This document shows positions 46,801 through 58,800 of a DNA stretch of 64,000 nucleotides, piece by piece. The stretch is from an uncultured Gemmataceae bacterium (GTDB taxonomy: Bacteria > Planctomycetota > Planctomycetia > Gemmatales > Gemmataceae): the NCBI GenBank assembly GCA_963750165.1, contig CAVVPN010000004.1, forward strand, positions 640,001 through 704,000, in the 5' to 3' direction. The translations under genes and the position numbers were made by a program. Below the pieces are notes generated by a model. The model was given only the letters and a program-made list of their open reading frames with translations. It was not told the DNA's origin and searched no databases. Position 1 is the stretch's first letter; each line of letters begins with the position of its first letter.

Positions 46801-49800
46801 GCGGCGTCGGCAGCGTCGCGCTCACGCCATAGATGGAGAAGCTGTTGACGTAGATGTCCTGCAGCTGGAAGCCGTCGGTGCCGCCGAGGGTGAAATCGAC
46901 CTGGCCGCCGACCGAGAAGGCTTGCTGGCCGTTGATGGTGATGGCCACCGAGGCGTTGCTGATGTCCACGACCACGGTGCCGTCCGGCTTCTTCGTGAAC
47001 GAGACGGTGCCCTGGATGTCCAGGACGCCGGCGACGGAAATGTGGATTGTGCCGACGAAGGAAGTCACCACGGCGGCCGTCGGGAAATTCAGCATGACGG
47101 AGCCGCCGCCGCCCGGGGCCGACGGATTCGGGATGGTCAGCGTCTGGTTGATCGCCGTGCCGGTGGTGTTGACCATCACGGTGGCGCTACCGGTGACGGT
47201 GAGGCCGTCCACGCCGAGCAGGCTGATGTCGCCGGTGGCGTACAGGGCAAAGGTGCCGTTGGGGAACTTGATGACGCCGATCTGGGCGTTGTTCAGCAGC
47301 ACGCCGACGGCGTTCGAGTTGATGGTGCCGTCCGGGTTCTTGTACGGGCCGGCACCGAGGAAGATCGCCAGGCCGGCGCCCGCGAAGGTCTGCACGCTCT
47401 GGCCGTTGATCGTCTGCGACGTGAAACTGATGCTGCCTTCGATGCTGACGAAGTTGGCGATGTTCAGTTCCAGGTCCGACGCGGCGGCGCCGAACAGCGG
47501 CCCGGCCCCGAGGTTGATGGTCAGCGAGTGGCCATTGACCGTGATGGTCTCGTCCACCGGCACGTTGAGCGTGCTGAACGACAGGGTGGCCGTGGCGCTG
47601 ACGCTGGTGCTGCCGCTGCCGGCCATGAGCTGGCCCGAGAGGACGCCGGCGACGCCGCCGTTCTCGATGACCATGCCCCCCTCGGCGCCGGTGATGCCCT
47701 GGGTGGTGCCGTCACCGGCGAAGCTCAGGTTCAGCGCCGCGATGCGCGTGATCGTGGTGCCGTCCGGCTTCGTGTACTGGTCGATGTAGAAGTCGCCGTG
47801 CAGCGTGTGCGAACCGCCGATGGTCACGTCGGTGTTGGTCGCCGTGACGCGGACGTACGGGCCGGCGGGCAGGCCGTTGGCCGCGACCGACTGCGTGTTG
47901 ATCGCCAGGCCGACCGTGGTCGTCAGCGAGAAGTAGCTGTCCACCGGCGAGCCGGCCGTCGTCAGGTTGGCGGACAGGCTGCCAGCGATGCCGCCGGACG
48001 TGACCTGGAAGCTGCCCTGGCCATTGGTCACGGTGAAGATTGGGCTGCCGCCGCTGGTGATCGTCAGGCCGACGTTACTGGCGGCCAGCGTCACCAGGGT
48101 TGTGGCGCCGCTGCCGGTCTGCGTGAAGCTGAAGTTGCCGGTCAGCGTCTGGCCGAGGATGCTCAGGCTGACGTTGTTGGCCTGCACCTGCAGGAACGGG
48201 CCGGCTGGCAGGTTCAGCGTCGTCGGCACGTTGTTCAGCGTGAACGTCTGGTTGATGGCGGCGGTGGTGTTGTTGATGTTCAGCTGGAACGTGCCGGACA
48301 GGAAGCTGCCGACCGTCACGGTCGCCTGCAGGGTGCCCGCCAGGCCGGCGCTGGTGACCAGGAAGGTGCCGCTGCCGCCGGTGACGTTGACGAACGGATT
48401 ATTCGGGTCGCCCAGGCCGAGGCTGACGTTGCTGGCCGTCAGCACCAGCCGCTTGACGCCCGCGGTGGTGTTTTCCTGGAAGCCGAAGTTGCCCTGCAGC
48501 GTCTGGTTCAGCACGGTCAGGCGGACGCTCTGGCCCGTGACCGTGACGCTCTCGGTGTTGGCCGGGGCAGTCACCGTGATCGGGTTGCCGTTGACGTCGT
48601 TGAACGTCTCGTTCAGGGCGGTGCTGTTCGTCTTGGCGATGGACACCGCGAAGTTGCCGGCGAAGGTGATGCCCGGCAGCGTCAGGCCGATGGTGGCGCT
48701 GAGCTGGCCGGCGAAGCCCGAGTCGTCGATCACCAGGTAGCCGCTGGCGTTGCTGACGTTGACGAAGTTGGCAGTGTCGTTGCCCAGGCTCAGGCTCAGG
48801 TTCGCCACGGTGATGCGGATGACCGGGTGGCCGGCGGCGTTGTTGGACTGCTCGAAGGAGAAGCTGCCCGACAGGCCCTTGCCCGCGACCGTGACCGACA
48901 CCGGGTTGCCGACGATGCGGATGAACGGCCCGGCCGGCAGGGTCAGCATGAACGTTTGGCCGGCGCCCGTGAACGTCTGGCTGACCGCGGCCGACGTGGT
49001 GTTAATGTCCAGCGTCAGGTTGCCGTTGAAGGCCAGCGGGATGTTCGTGGTCGCGATGGTGCCGCTGACCTGGGCCGCCACGCCGGCGGACGTCACCAGC
49101 AGGGCGCCGGTGCCGGTGAAGGTGACGAACGTCGTCGCCGTGCCGATTTGCAGCGTCAGGCCGGGGTTGCCCAGGGCGTTGACGGCGAAGGCGGTGCTGC
49201 CGTCCGCCTGTGTGTAGCGCTCGAAGGTGAAGTTGCCCTTCACCGCCAGGCCCATGAGTTGCAGCGACAGGTTGTCCACTTCCAGGCGGAAGAACGGCCC
49301 GGCCTGGATGTTCAGCGGCGGCAGCACCACGCCGTCGAGGGTGAACTGCTGGTTGACGGCCACGGTCATGGTGCTGACGGTGACAGTCACCTGGGCGCTG
49401 CTGGACAGGCCCAGGGCGGCGACGTTGAGGCTGACCGTGCCGGACACCGTGCCCGCCACGCCGGCGCTGTTGACCAGGAACTCCAGCGTGCCGTTGCTCA
49501 CCTGGAGATAATTGCTGGCGTTCAGGCTGAGCGTCAGGCCGATGTTGCTGCCGCTGACGAGGATCACCGGGTTGCCGCTGGCGTCCAGGGTGCGCTCGAA
49601 CGAGAAGTTACCCGAGAGCGTCTGGCCGAGGATGGTCAGGCTGGCGTTCGTGACCGTGACGTGGACATACGGCCCGGCCGGCAGGTTCAGCGTGACGGTG
49701 CTGCCGTCGGCCAGCGTCAGGGTGTCGTTGACGGCGGCGGTGGTGTTGTTGATGGCGACGCCGAAGGTGCCCGTGACCGTGACGCCCGGGATGTTGATCA

Positions 49801-52800
49801 CGACCGTGGCGCTGAGCTGGCCCGCGAAGCCGGCGCTGGTCAGCAGGAAACTGCCCTGGCCGTTCGTGACCTGCACGAAGTTGGTGGTGCCGTTGCCCAG
49901 GTTCAGGCTGACATTGCTGGCGGCCAGGCGGATGACCTGGTTGTGGCTGGCGTCGGTCACCTGCTCGAAGGCGAAGTTGCCCGTCAGCGTCTGGCCGGCG
50001 ATGTTCAGCGTCAGGCCCTGGCCGGACACCTGCAGGAACGGCCCGGCGGGTTCCGTCAGGTTGACCGTCTGCGTGCCCAGGGTCAGCGTCTCATTGACCG
50101 CCATGCTCGTCTGGTTCAGGCTGATGCCGAAGGTGCCGCTGAAGCTGACGCCCGGCACGTTCAGGGCGACCGTGGCGGACAGGCTGCCGGCGATGCCGGC
50201 CGACGTGATGACCAGGTAACCGTGGCCGTTCGTCACCGACACTGCGGGCGTGCTGCCGCTGCCCAGGCTCAGCGACACGTGATCGGCGGTGATCAGCGTG
50301 ACGGGGTTGCCGGCGCCGTCGTTCATCTGCTGGAAGGCGAAGTTGCCCGTCAGCGTCTGGCCGAGGACGTTGAGCGTGATGCCGGTGCCCTGGACCTGGA
50401 CGAACGGCCCGGCCGGCAGGCTGGTGGTCTGCGTGATTGGGGCCGTCGTGACCGTCGCGGTGGCGGTGCTGTTGATGAGCATCAGCGCCGCGGCGATGGC
50501 GGCCTGCACGTCGGCGGCGCTGGCGCCGAACGGAATCGGCGTCGTTTGCTGGCCGCCGACGGTCAGCGTGTAGGTGCCGCCGTTGGCCGCCACCGAGATC
50601 TGGTAATTGTTGCCGCTACCGCTCAGGCCGAGCGCCGGCAACGGCACCAGCAGCGAGCCGTCCAGGCTCAGCACTGGCTCGGACATGTTGGCGAGCGTGC
50701 CCTGGAAGGTGATGGTGTAGGTGCTGCTCGACTGCGCGACCGCCACATTGCCGCTGCCGATGCTCGACAGGCCAACGAGGGCGGTCTGCACCTGGGCGGC
50801 GGTCGCGTTGTAGGCGAGCGGGGCGGTGGTCTGACCGTTGAAGGTCAGCGTGAAGGTGCCGCCGCCGGCGACCACGGACACCTGCTGCACCTCGCTGACC
50901 GTCGGGCCGCCCTGCGTCGTGATGGTGACGTTCGTCGAAGGCGGCCGGCTGACCGCGACGAGGGCGGAGCTGTTGAGCAGCAGCGCTGCCAGCGTCTGGT
51001 TGGCGAGCGTGCCCTGGAAGGTGACCGTGTAGGTGTTGCCCGATTGCGTGACCGTGACATTACCGGTGCCGATGTTGCTCAGCGCCGCGAGGGCGGTCTG
51101 CACCTGGGCGGCGGTCGCGTTGTAGGCGAGCGCCGCGGTGGTCTGGCCGTTGAAGCTCAACGTGAAGGTGCCGCTGCCCGCGGCGACGGTCATCTGCTGC
51201 ACCTCGCTGGCGCTCGGCACGCCCGGCGTCATGATTGCCACGACCGCGGTCGCCGTCAGGGCGGTGCCGTTGATGGTCAGCAGCGGCTGCGTCGGCGTGG
51301 CCAGGCCGTTGACGAAGGTGATCGTGTAGACCGTGGCGGTGCCGGTCGTCGTGGCAGTGACACTAACGTTGCTCTGGTTCTGGAGGTTGCGGCCGATGTT
51401 CGACAGCGCCACCAGGGCGCCCTGCACCGTCGCGGCGCTGGCGTTGTAGGCGATGGGGGCGGTGGTCTGACCGTTGAAGCTCAGCGTGAAGGTGCCGCCG
51501 CCCGCGTTGACCGTCACCGTCTGCGCGTTGCCGGTCGCGGCCGCCACGCTGGCGATCTGGCCGTTCGCCAGCAGGTTCGCGCCACTGACGGACAGGACCG
51601 GCAGGTTCAGATTGGCGAGCGTGCCCTGGAAGGTGATCGTGTAGACGTTGCCCGTCAGCATGACCGCCACGTTGCCGGTGCCGATGTTCGACAGCGCCGC
51701 CAGGGCGCTTTGCACGGCGGAAGCGCTGGCGTTGTAAGCGATCGGGGCCGTCGTCTGGGCGGTGCCGGTCGGCGTGGCCTGGAAGCTCAGCGTGAAGGTG
51801 CCGCCGCCGGCGATCACCGTCACCGTCTGCACAGCACTGGTCGCGGGCTGACCAGCCGTGACGCGGTTGGCGGTCGCCTGCGGTTGCAGGCCGCTGTTGC
51901 TCGCGGCCAGCGTGCCGGTGACGCCGTTGAGGAAGGTAACCGTGTAGGCGTTGCCGGTCAGCGTGACCGTGACGTTGCTGGCGCCAACGCTGGACAGGCC
52001 CTGCAGGGCGGACTGCAGCGCGCTCGCGGCGGAGCCGACGGGGATCGGGGCGGTGGTTTGATTGCCGAAGGTCAGCGTGAAGGTGCCGCCGCTCGCCTGC
52101 ACCGTCACCGTGTCAACGCTGGTCGGGCTGCTCGTGCTCGGCGTGACCGCTACCGTCGGCGTGCCGGTCACCGGCAACAGCGCCGTCGTGGTGGCGGTCA
52201 GCGGCAGCAGGTTCTGGTTGCCGAGTGTGCCCTGGAAGGTGATCGTGTAGACGTTGCCCGCCTGCGTCACCGTGACGTTGCCGCTGCCGACGTTGCTCAG
52301 GGCGGCGAGGGCATTCTGCACCGCGGTCGCGCTGGCGTTGTAGGCGATGGCGGCGGTGGTCTGCGGCGTGTCATTGGCGTTGGCCTGGAAGGTCAGCGTG
52401 TAGGTGCCGCCGCCAGCCGCCGTCACCGTCACCTGCTGGACGTTGTTCTGCATGTTGCCGCCGGCCGTCTGCGTTGTCGCCGTCACGGTCGGCGTCGGGC
52501 CGGTCAGGTTGGCGGTGTTGACGGTCAGCAGGGCGAGGCTCTGGTTGGCGAGCGTGCCCTGGAAGGTGATCGTGTAGGTGTTGCCCGTTAGCGTCACCGC
52601 GACGTTGCCAGTGCCGATGTTGCTCAGGGCCGTCAGGGCGTTCTGCACGTCGGACGCCGCCGCGTTGAAAGCAAGCGCGGTCGTGGTCTGGCCGTTGAAG
52701 CTCAGCGTGAAGGTGCCGCCGCCGGCCAGCACGGTCAGCGTCTGCACCTCGCTCTGGCTGCCGCCCGGCGTCTGAACGGCGACGCTGGCCGACGGGTTGA

Positions 52801-55800
52801 CCTTGAGGTTCGTGCCGTCAATCGCCAGGGCCGACACGTTCTCGTTCGCCAGCGTGCCCTGGAAGGTGACGGTGTAGGTGTTGCCCGCCAGCGTCACCGC
52901 GACGTTGCCGTTGCCGATGCTCGACAGGCCGGTCAGGGCGGTCTGCACCTGGGCGGCGGTCGCGTTGTAGGCCAGGGCCGCGGTGGTCTGGCCGTTGAAG
53001 CTCAGCGTGAAGGTGCCGCCGGTGGCGACCACAGTCACCGTCTGCACCTCGCTGGTGCCGGCGTTGCCCGGCGTGGTGACGGCTACCGTCGCGGTCAGGC
53101 CGCCGGACAGGTTGGTGCCATCGGCGGTCAGCGTCGGGGCGGTGCCGCCCGCGAAGGTCACGGTGTAGGTGTTGCCGATGGTGATGCTCTGCGTCACCGG
53201 CGCGGTCAGCGTGTTGAACTGCGCCTGCAGCGTGCCGCCCAGGGTGACGCCCGGCACGTTCACCGCCACCGTGCCGCCGATGCTGCCGTCCAGGCCGGCG
53301 GACGTGATCAGCAGGTTGCCGCGGCCGTTGGTGATCGACACCACCGGCGTGCTGCCGCCCAGCGTCAGCGCCGCGTTCGCCACCGACAACTTCACCAGGC
53401 GGTTGCCGCTGCTGTCGAGCGTCTGCTCGAAGGTGAAGTCGCCGCTCAGCGACTGCTGCAACAGCGTCAGCATGACACCGGTGCCGGCGACGCGCACGTA
53501 CGGCCCGGCCGGCAGGTTGAACGTCTGGTTGACGCTACCCTGCGTCACCGTGATGGCGTTCTGGTTGCTGGTGAACAGGGACTGCACGGCGCTGAGCACG
53601 TCGGTGTTGCTGGCCCGCACGGAGATTGGGGCGGTGGTCTGATTGTTGGCAGTCAGCGTGAAGGTGCCGCCGCTGGCGACCACGGAGACGATGTACTGGT
53701 TCGCCCCGGCGCCCGGCGTCACGGTCAGCATCTGCAGGCCGACGGCGCCGGTGCCGCTGGCGGTCGGCGCCGCGGTGCCGGCCGGCAGCGTGATGGTGTA
53801 GGTGTTGCCGACCGGGAACGTCACCTGCACCGGCTGGCCGGTCTGGTTCAGGGCCAGGCTGAAGTTGCCGCCAAGGGTGACGCCCGGCACGTTGACGTTG
53901 AGCGTGCCGTTCAGGCTGCCGACCAGGCCCTGGGCCGTCAGGTTCAGGAAGCCGACGCCGCCGGTCAGGCTGACGAAGGTGTGCGTGCCGTCGCCGAGGC
54001 TGATGCTGAGGTTGGCCACCGTGACGCTCACGACCTTGTTGCCGTTGCCGTCGGTGGACTGCTGGAAGCTCAGATCCGCCGTGAACTGCTGGCCGAGCAG
54101 ATTCACCGCCAACCCGGTGCCGGCGATGCGCACGTACGGCCCGGCCGGCAGGTTCAGGCTGAGCGTCGTCGTGCCGACCGTCAGCGACTGGTTGACCGCC
54201 ACCATGCCGGTGTTGACCTGCACGGTCAGGTTCGCCAGGCTCAGGCCCGAGATGGCGACGCTGCCGCTGACCTGGCCCGCCAGGCCGGAACTGCTGATGA
54301 CGAAGAAGCCCTGGCCTTGCGTCAGGCTCGCCACCGGGGTCGTGCCGGCGGTGAAGGTCAGCGACACGTTGTTGCCGCCGAACATCAACTGCTTCGTTGG
54401 CGGCGCTGCCGAGTTGGCCGCGGCGGGCAGCGTCACCTGCTGGAAGGTGAAATCGCCGGTCAGTGTCTGGCCGAGCACATTCAGGCTCAGGCCGTTGGCC
54501 TGGATCAGCAGCAGCCCGGACTGGATGGTGATATTCGCATTCGTAGCCGGGTTCGGCAGCGTCACGGCGCCGGCGGTCGAGTTGAGTTCGAGCAGCAGGT
54601 TGCCGAGCGTCAGGTTGGCGAAGCCGCTGACGTTGAGCGTGCCCGAGGCGCTGAGAACGGCGGCGAGGCCGGCGTTGCTCGAGCTGCACCGAACCGTTGA
54701 TGGCTGTCAGGCTGACGTTGTTCGAGCTGTCGCCCAGCGTCAGGGTGCCGTTGGCGACCGTCGCCAGGAAGGTGCCGGCCTGGGCGCCCTGCGTGAAGGT
54801 GAAGTCGCCCGTCAGCGTCTGACCGAGGATGCTCAGGCTCAGGCCGGTGCCCTTGAACAGGGCGTAACTGCCGCCGGACTGGGCCGGGGCCGGGACGGTG
54901 ACGGCCGCGTTGAACGGGTCGGTCCAGGCGGTGGTGCCGTTGTTGAACTGCACCGTCGCCATGCCGGAGAACGAGGCGGCGGACAGGCCGAGCAACTGCA
55001 CCGTGCCCGTGGCGTAAACGCCATAGTGGCCGTTGGCCAGTTGCTCCACGTCCACCGTGGCGTTCGCCAGCAGGACGCCGCGGGCGGCCGGGTTCATGGC
55101 GCCGCCGGGCAGCGTCGCCGGGCCCTGGCCGAGGAAGATGCTCAGGTTGGTGCCGTGGAAGGCGCTGTGGCCGTTGACGTTGCTGAACGTCACCGAGCCC
55201 TCGATGGTCGCGAACGGCGGATTGCCCAGGCTGATGTTGCCCGAGCCGGTGATCTGGAACACGTCGCTGCCGTCCGGGAACACGATCGACAGCGTCTGGC
55301 CGCCGACGGTAATCATCTCGTTAACCGGCAGCTTGGAGTTGTTCATCTGCAGGCCGATGCTGGCGTTGGCGCTGACGCCGCCGCCGCTGGCCGAGGCGGT
55401 GCCCGACAGGAAGCCGGCCAGACCGCCGGAGCCCGGCACCGTCGGGTCGGGCGGCAGCAGCACGAAGGCGCCCTGGCCGCTGCCCAGGTGCTGGCCGTTG
55501 AACGTCAGGCTGACGTTGGTCGCGGCGACGCGCGTCACCGTCCGCGTCACCGGGTTGGCGGTGCCGGCGCCGGAAACCGTGTCGGTTTGCTGGTCGAGGA
55601 AGAAGTTGCCGGTGATGGCGACGCCCGCGCCGCCGCCGGAGCCGAGCGTCAACGTTGCGCCGTCGGCCTCGACGCGCACGAACGGCCCGGCCGGGATGTC
55701 CACTTCCATCGTCTGGCCTGGCAGCGTGTTGGCCGGGATGGTCGCGTTCACCATCGACGTGTTGAGCGCGATGTCCAGGGTAGTCGCGGCCAGTGTGATG

Positions 55801-58800
55801 GCGCCCGGCAGGCTGAAGGTGGTGCCGCTCAGCGTCAGTTCGCCGGCGACGCCCGCGCTGGTGATGACGAAGAAGCCGTTGGCCCCGGAGACGCTCAGGA
55901 TCGGGCTGCTTGGGTTGCCGAGCGACAGCGACACGCCGGTGAACGCCGCAGTGATGACCTGGCCGACGTTCGGCTCCGTCACCTGACGGATGGCCACGGT
56001 GGTGGCGCCGAGCTGCTGGCCGAGGATGTTCAGGCTGAGATTGCTGCCGTCGATCTCCAGGCTGTTGGCGGCCAGCGTCGCGGTGATTGGGGTGGTGAGG
56101 GTCTGCGTCGCGCTGGTCGTGTTCAGCGACAGCGTGAAGGTGCCGGCGAAGGTCACCTGCGACACGTCCACCACGACGGTCGCCGCCACCACACCGTAAA
56201 GGCCGGCGGCGGTGATGACGAACTGGCCGTTGATGCCGGTCGCTCGCACCAGTGTCGTGCCGCCACTGCTCAGGCCGATCTCGCCGTTCGTGACCGCCAC
56301 GGTGATGAGGTTGCCCAGCGCCGGGTTGCTCGGGTTGACCTGCTGCTGCTGGAAGCTGAAGTTGCCGCTCAGCGTCTGTGTCACCCCGCCGAGCGTCAGC
56401 ATCAGCGACACGTTCGACGCATTCACCTCGACGAACTTGCCCGCCGGCAGGTTCAGCGTCACCGACGACGTGCCGACCGTGAAGCTGTCGTTGACCGGGC
56501 TGGTCGTGGTGTTGATCGCCACCGTGAAGGTGCCGCTCAGCGCCACGTTGGGCACGTTCAGCGCCGCGGTCGCGGTCAGGCTGCCGGCCAGGCCGCCGGA
56601 CATGAGCAGGAAATCGCCGCTGCCGTTCGTGACCGACAGCAGGTTGCTGGAGCCGTCGCCCAGCGTCAGGCTGACGCCGCTGGCGCCGACATGCACCACT
56701 GGCTGACCGTTGACGGTGTACTGCTCGAAGAGGAAGTTGCCGGTCAGCGTCACCGCGCCGGCGATGGCCAGGCGGACGCCGGTGCCGCTCACCTGCAGCA
56801 GCGGCCCGGCCGGCAGGGTCAGCGTCGCCGTGGTGCCGCCGACCGTGAACGTCTGGTTGACGGCCGTCGTGCCGGTGTTCAGCGTCAGCCCGAAGGTGCC
56901 TGCGACCGACAGGCCCGGCACGTTGACCGCGACGGTTGCCGACAGCTGACCCGCCACGGTGCCGTTGGCGATAACGAACAGGCCGGTGCCGCCCGTCACG
57001 CTCACCAGGCCGCCCGCGAGCATGAGTTGCACGTTGCTGGCGGCGATCTTCACGACCGGCGTGCCGTTCGCCCCGGTCGCCTGCTCGACGCTGAAGCTGC
57101 CGCTCAGCGACTGGCTCAGGACCGTCAGCGTGCCAGTGCCGGCGATCTGCAGGAACGGCCCGGCGGGCACAGCCGTCGGCAGCAGCGTGCCGGCGGCGAA
57201 CGCGGTCATCGAGTTGTTGAACACCAGCGCCAGCGAGCCGGTCAAGCTGACGCCCGGCAGGGCCACGCTCACGGTGCCGCTGACGCTGCCGGCGGCGCCC
57301 TGGCCGTTGAGGTAAATGTCGCCCTGGCCGTTGGTCAGGCTCAGCACCGGCGTCGCGCCGCCGAGGCTCAGGGCGGCGTTGCTGACGGCGACGTGTACAT
57401 CCTTCTGGCCCTGGGCGTTGGTGCTCTGCTCGAAGCTGAAGTTGCCGCTCAGCGTCTGGCCGACGATGTTCAGGCTCAGGCCGGTGCCGGACACCTTGAA
57501 ATACGGCCCGGCCGGCACGGTCAGCGTCACCGGCGTGGTGCCGACCGTGAACGTCTGGTTGACCGCGGCTGTCGTGGTGTTGAACGCCAGCGCCACGCTG
57601 CCGCCGACGCTCACGCCGCCGGCCATCACGGCGATGGTGCCACTGACCTGACCCGCGATGCCAGCGGAGGTGATGAGCAGCGTGCCCTGGCCCTGCGTCA
57701 GTTGCAGCAGCGGGTTGGTGCCGTCGGTCAGCGTCAGCGTCAGGTTCGCCACGGTGACGCTGGTGACGCCGGTGCTCTGCTGGAAGGCGAAGTCGCCGGT
57801 CAGCGTCTGGCCGAGCAGGCTGAGCGTCACGCCGGTGCCCATCACCTCGACGTACGGCCCCTTCGGCACGTTCAGCGTCACGGCCTGGCCGCCGACGGTG
57901 ATCGACTGATCGACCGCCTGCACGGTGTTGTTGATGGCGAGGCTGAACTGGCCGCTGAAGTTGACCGGGGCGCCCGGGACGGTGATGGCGACGTTGCCAG
58001 AAATCTGGCCGGCGACACCCGTGCTGGTGAGGAGGAAGGCCCCCTGACCGTTGGTCAGGCTGACGATCGGGGTGCTGCCCGCGGTGAAGGTGAGGCTGGC
58101 GTTGCTGATGCCGACCACGGTGGAGGTGGTCGCGCCGGTCGTGGTTTGCTGGATGGCGAAGTCGCCGGTCAGCGTCTGCCCGAGGACGGACAGCGTGACA
58201 CCGGTGCCGGAGATTTGCACGAATGGCCCGGCGCGGACGTTAATCGTCAAGTTGACGTTGTCGATCGGCAGCACCTCATCGACGGCCGCCGGGGTCGTGT
58301 TGATGGCGACGCCAAAAGTGCCGCCGAAGGTCACACCCGGCACACTCGCCGCCACGGTGCCGCTGAACATGCCCGCCACGCCGGCGCCCGTCGAGATCAG
58401 GGCGCCCTGGCCGCCCGTCAGCATCACCGCGCCGCCGCCCAGCGACAGCGTCACGTTGCTGGCGCCGATCTCCAGCTGGGTGCCGCTCGCGGTCGTCACC
58501 TGGTTGAAGGCGAAGTTGCCCGTGAGCGTCTGGCCGAGGACGCTCAGCTGGGCGTTCAGGGCCTGGAAGCTGGTCACCAGGTCGCCGGTGGCGAACGTGA
58601 TCTGCACGCCGCCGGTGCTGCTGCCCGGGATCGACAGGAACTGGTTGATCGGCTGACCGGTCGTGTTCACCAGCACGCTCGCGGTGCCGGCGATGGTGAC
58701 GCCGCTGATGCCGACGATCTGCACACTGCCGCTGGCGTTCAGGGCGAAGGTGCCGTTGCCGAACTCCATGACGCCGACCTCGGCGTCGCCGATGAGCACG

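Noticed and set aside
53535..54680. Arg/Pro/Gln-rich C-terminal tail of ORF 53535-60857
   Set aside because: Out-of-frame read-through after the break at ~54680; the true repeat sequence continues in another frame.
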